Below, piece after piece: positions 61,410 to 64,000 of a stretch of DNA of 64,000 nucleotides. Position numbers and translations under genes: made by a program. The first letter of the stretch is position 1. Every line of letters starts with the position of its first letter. Below the pieces are notes generated by a model, which was given only the letters and a program-made list of their open reading frames with translations, made no database searches and was not told the origin of the DNA. Origin of the DNA: Macrostomum lignano (taxonomy: Eukaryota); the NCBI GenBank assembly GCA_002269645.1, contig NIVC01002718.1, forward strand, positions 1-64,000, in the 5' to 3' direction.

Positions 61410-62204
61410 ATGTCGGATCACTGGTCTCACGCCGCAACATGCGAAATCTGCAAAGCGCTGGTTCACGAGAACTGGGCCTTGAGAGCGGAGGTGGAGCGCC
61501 TGCGTAGCGGACGACCGGGTTCGCCTGTGTTCGATACCAGCCGCAACGTGCGCTTCCATCGGGCTATCGTGCGTTCAGATGTAGTGCCCAGCACTCAAGT
61601 GACAAAGTCCGCATGGCCGTTCAAGGACACTCGCTACAGCGATATTGCCGCCAACCAGGCGCGTGACTGTGCGCAAGTCTGCGAATCGGAGACTATGGGC
61701 CCCGAGAGTCTGCATCACTGGTACGCCGACAACCAGGCGAGTCGGCGTCAGCTGAATCAGCCGGCCGCGCAGCTGGACAGTGAGGATGAGCAGCAGTCGC
61801 GTGACGGGCCTTTGGCAATGTCCACTGAAGCCATTCAAACCGGACCGGCTCAAATGGTGTTGTCGGACAGTTTCATAGCAGACTATAACCGACTGCCTGA
61901 GGCGAGGATTCCGCAAAACTGCGTTTTTAAGGCTCGAAAGCGGGATGAGCGCATGCAGCTCGAAGCGCACTGCTGCGTTCAATGCGAGGGTTGGTTTGCC
62001 AACCTATCGCCGGAGACGAAGAGGAAACGCCTGCAGGCGGCTGGCCGTCATCGGTCCAACCAACCGAGGCCAAACTACGACCCCAATTTTTTCCGCATAG
62101 AAATGCCGGACACACCCCCAGAGGCACCAATCGATGCGATGAAAGTTGGTAAGCGTCGTCGCAAACCTCTACAACTAAGAGGTCCGGAACCTCGCAATAA
62201 TTAG
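61410..62204 (+). CDS. RBBP8: Miniature CtIP/Sae2/Ctp1 (SAE2-domain) homologue, about 264 aa, single exon visible
   Basis: C-terminal RKRDERMQLEAHCCVQCEGWF...KRLQAAGRHRSNQPRPNYDPNFFRIEMPDTP matches the CtIP RKxxER..L..CxxC...RHR..P..P.NF(W)...P.T block as recalled. N-terminal CxxC plus coiled coil. Acceptor at 61376-77 and AATAAA near 62208. Confidence 0.75.
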   Translation: MSDHWSHAATCEICKALVHENWALRAEVERLRSGRPGSPVFDTSRNVRFHRAIVRSDVVPSTQVTKSAWPFKDTRYSDIAANQARDCAQVCESETMGPESLHHWYADNQASRRQLNQPAAQLDSEDEQQSRDGPLAMSTEAIQTGPAQMVLSDSFIADYNRLPEARIPQNCVFKARKRDERMQLEAHCCVQCEGWFANLSPETKRKRLQAAGRHRSNQPRPNYDPNFFRIEMPDTPPEAPIDAMKVGKRRRKPLQLRGPEPRNN

Positions 62205-62620
62205 ACAAATAAAGTGATGAAGGACTGCGCTACATCACTAAATTTCTAACCGTACTTAAAAACCGCACGTCTGCTATGTGTTTTGGTATAAAACTTTTTC
62301 TCGCTCACGACTGCGCTACATCACTAAATTATTACTAACGGTATTTTAAACCGTCCGACATACGTCTGTCAAGCCGTTGTTCCATTCATTTCAAATGTAC
62401 CATTGATCACCTTTAATCTTAGTACCTTGTGTAAAACACGGACTAACACTAAACTATAGTTAAACTAAACTAAACTAGCTAGTACTAGTACCTGCACGCT
62501 AAACACGGACTAACACTAAACTAGCAGCTGCACGTTTTTTCTACTATATCTGTACTTTGTAACACTCAGATTAAACTACATCCTCATTTGCAGCACTGCA
62601 GTATTACAATAGAAACCAAA

Positions 62621-64000
62621 ATGCCCAAACCAAGTGACGCTACTACAAAGCCAAAAGAGAAAGGCAGCAAAACGGGCGCCAAAGGGTCGCGAAAGAGGCC
62701 CATCGAGACGGAGCCAAACAATGAAAAAGCGGTAAAAAAGCGCAACAGTAAGTCCAACTTAGCCTCCGCCGCTGCTAGCGCTACTTCCGCCACTGGCGCA
62801 TCCACTAATGCTGATGGCGCTTCTATCCCCGCTGGTGCTTCTACCGCCGCTGGTGCTACTGCCGCCGCTGCAGCTGGCGCATGCGCTAACACTGATGGTG
62901 CTTCTACTCCCGCTGGTGCTTCTACCGCCGCTGGCGCGACTGCCGCCGCTGCAGCTGGCGCATGCGCTAACACTGATGGTGCTTCTACTCCCGCTGGTGC
63001 TTCTACCGCCGCTGGCGCTTCTAGCACCTCTGCGACTGGCGCCGGTAAAAAGCCAGCTTCCGGTGGCCCAGCAGCATACCGCTACTGGGTATTTGAATAT
63101 GCGCCGGAAGACGGCGGTCGGCTTGGAGTCTATGCCGACAAGTGTGTTGTTACTGACGGCTCAGTAGATTCGAGCAAACTGTCAGTTGACGATGATGTCA
63201 CCATTAGACCGGGAAAGACCGCCAATAGTAAGGCGTACCGCGTGCGAATATGCAAAGGGCCATACCGCACAAAGGCGGCTGCAGAAGCCGGTGCCAGTGC
63301 CTGTCAAGCGGTACACAGGCCGGGTGGCATTAACATGCCTAACGGTTGCGCCACCTGCCAGGCGCTCAGGCATGAGGTTTTAAACCTCCGGACATCCGCC
63401 GAATTGGCGCAGCAGACTGCCGACGGCTACAGGGAAAGCCTGCAACGGCAGAATGAAGACCTGGCCAAAAGACTCGAAGACGCTGAATTTGAGCGCAATG
63501 AGTACAAAGAGAAGTATGAAAGTGCAGCCAATAGAACACGCGAGTTGGAGTGCCAACTCGAGTACGCACAGATCGGTGCTAATCCTTCAAGTTCTGCTGA
63601 ACAATCGGTCGGTGTTCTCGCCAAATATGCTACGGTGTTGCAGGACGCCGTGTTTTCCGCCATCGGCGTTCTGCAAGGTGCGGTTTCGCAGGATATCGTA
63701 GTAGATTGCGTTGCTGACACGATCAGCAGCAGCAGTACGACTGCTGGTGGTGGCGCTTCTGCGGCCGCCTCGTCTGCAGCTCCGTTGCTGGACGACATGG
63801 ACCTGCGCGCTCAGATCCGAATGTCGTCAGTGAATCAGCGGAAACGTGAGCCCGAGACGAGGTCCTTGACAGCGCGCTGTCCCGACGTCGTCGTGTCGGC
63901 CACCGACTACGCAAAGATAAAGAATGCCGTGTCCGCCTATGTCAAGGGAGGTTACAGGAGTACCGACGCAGATAAATTGCTTCGGACCTTGTACTTAGCA
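62621..64000 (+). CDS. Unknown protein of more than 460 aa, open to the window edge (missing from the ORF track): basic NLS-like start, Ala/Thr repeats, CxxC-coiled coil, possible BEN-like domain beginning at the edge
   Basis: I translated ATG 62621 to 64000 by hand with no stop. It contains a 78-bp internal duplication, CATCQALRHEVLNLR plus a long heptad coil, and ends ..DYAKIKNAVSAYVKGGYRSTDADKLLRTLYLA. Confidence 0.8.
   Translation, partial: MPKPSDATTKPKEKGSKTGAKGSRKRPIETEPNNEKAVKKRNSKSNLASAAASATSATGASTNADGASIPAGASTAAGATAAAAAGACANTDGASTPAGASTAAGATAAAAAGACANTDGASTPAGASTAAGASSTSATGAGKKPASGGPAAYRYWVFEYAPEDGGRLGVYADKCVVTDGSVDSSKLSVDDDVTIRPGKTANSKAYRVRICKGPYRTKAAAEAGASACQAVHRPGGINMPNGCATCQALRHEVLNLRTSAELAQQTADGYRESLQRQNEDLAKRLEDAEFERNEYKEKYESAANRTRELECQLEYAQIGANPSSSAEQSVGVLAKYATVLQDAVFSAIGVLQGAVSQDIVVDCVADTISSSSTTAGGGASAAASSAAPLLDDMDLRAQIRMSSVNQRKREPETRSLTARCPDVVVSATDYAKIKNAVSAYVKGGYRSTDADKLLRTLYLA

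Overview
Eukaryotic (metazoan) genomic DNA with GT-AG introns, GC-rich exons, AT-rich spacers and a very high minisatellite load. This style suggests a flatworm such as Macrostomum, but the species is an inference. Host genes I could reconstruct by hand: a 6-exon glycogen synthase (+, 796-17212), an 8-exon TIA-1/TIAR-like RRM protein (+, 20339-31795), an F-box/LRR protein (-, at least 6 exons, 33864-38827), intronless RRP9/U3-55K (-) and intronless Sec61-beta (+). GYS intron 1 (10.4 kb) holds nested mobile DNA: a Merlin transposase relic, MITEs, a long inverted repeat, a split minisatellite, a hAT-like element, and a chimeric LTR element with a tRNA-Glu PBS, a Gypsy integrase tail and a virus-like glycoprotein ORF. 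The window also contains three degenerate copies of the 28S rRNA R2/I-PpoI target segment, an intron-containing Crypton tyrosine recombinase and two non-LTR relics. From about 58 kb to the edge lies a compact cassette of three co-oriented intron-poor ORFs, one of which is a miniature CtIP/Sae2 homologue. The strongest leads are (1) the mini-CtIP cassette, (2) an identical GAATCGCC core shared by otherwise unrelated minisatellites, and (3) the dispersed 28S target-site fragments. All homology calls come from recalled motifs; no database searches were run.
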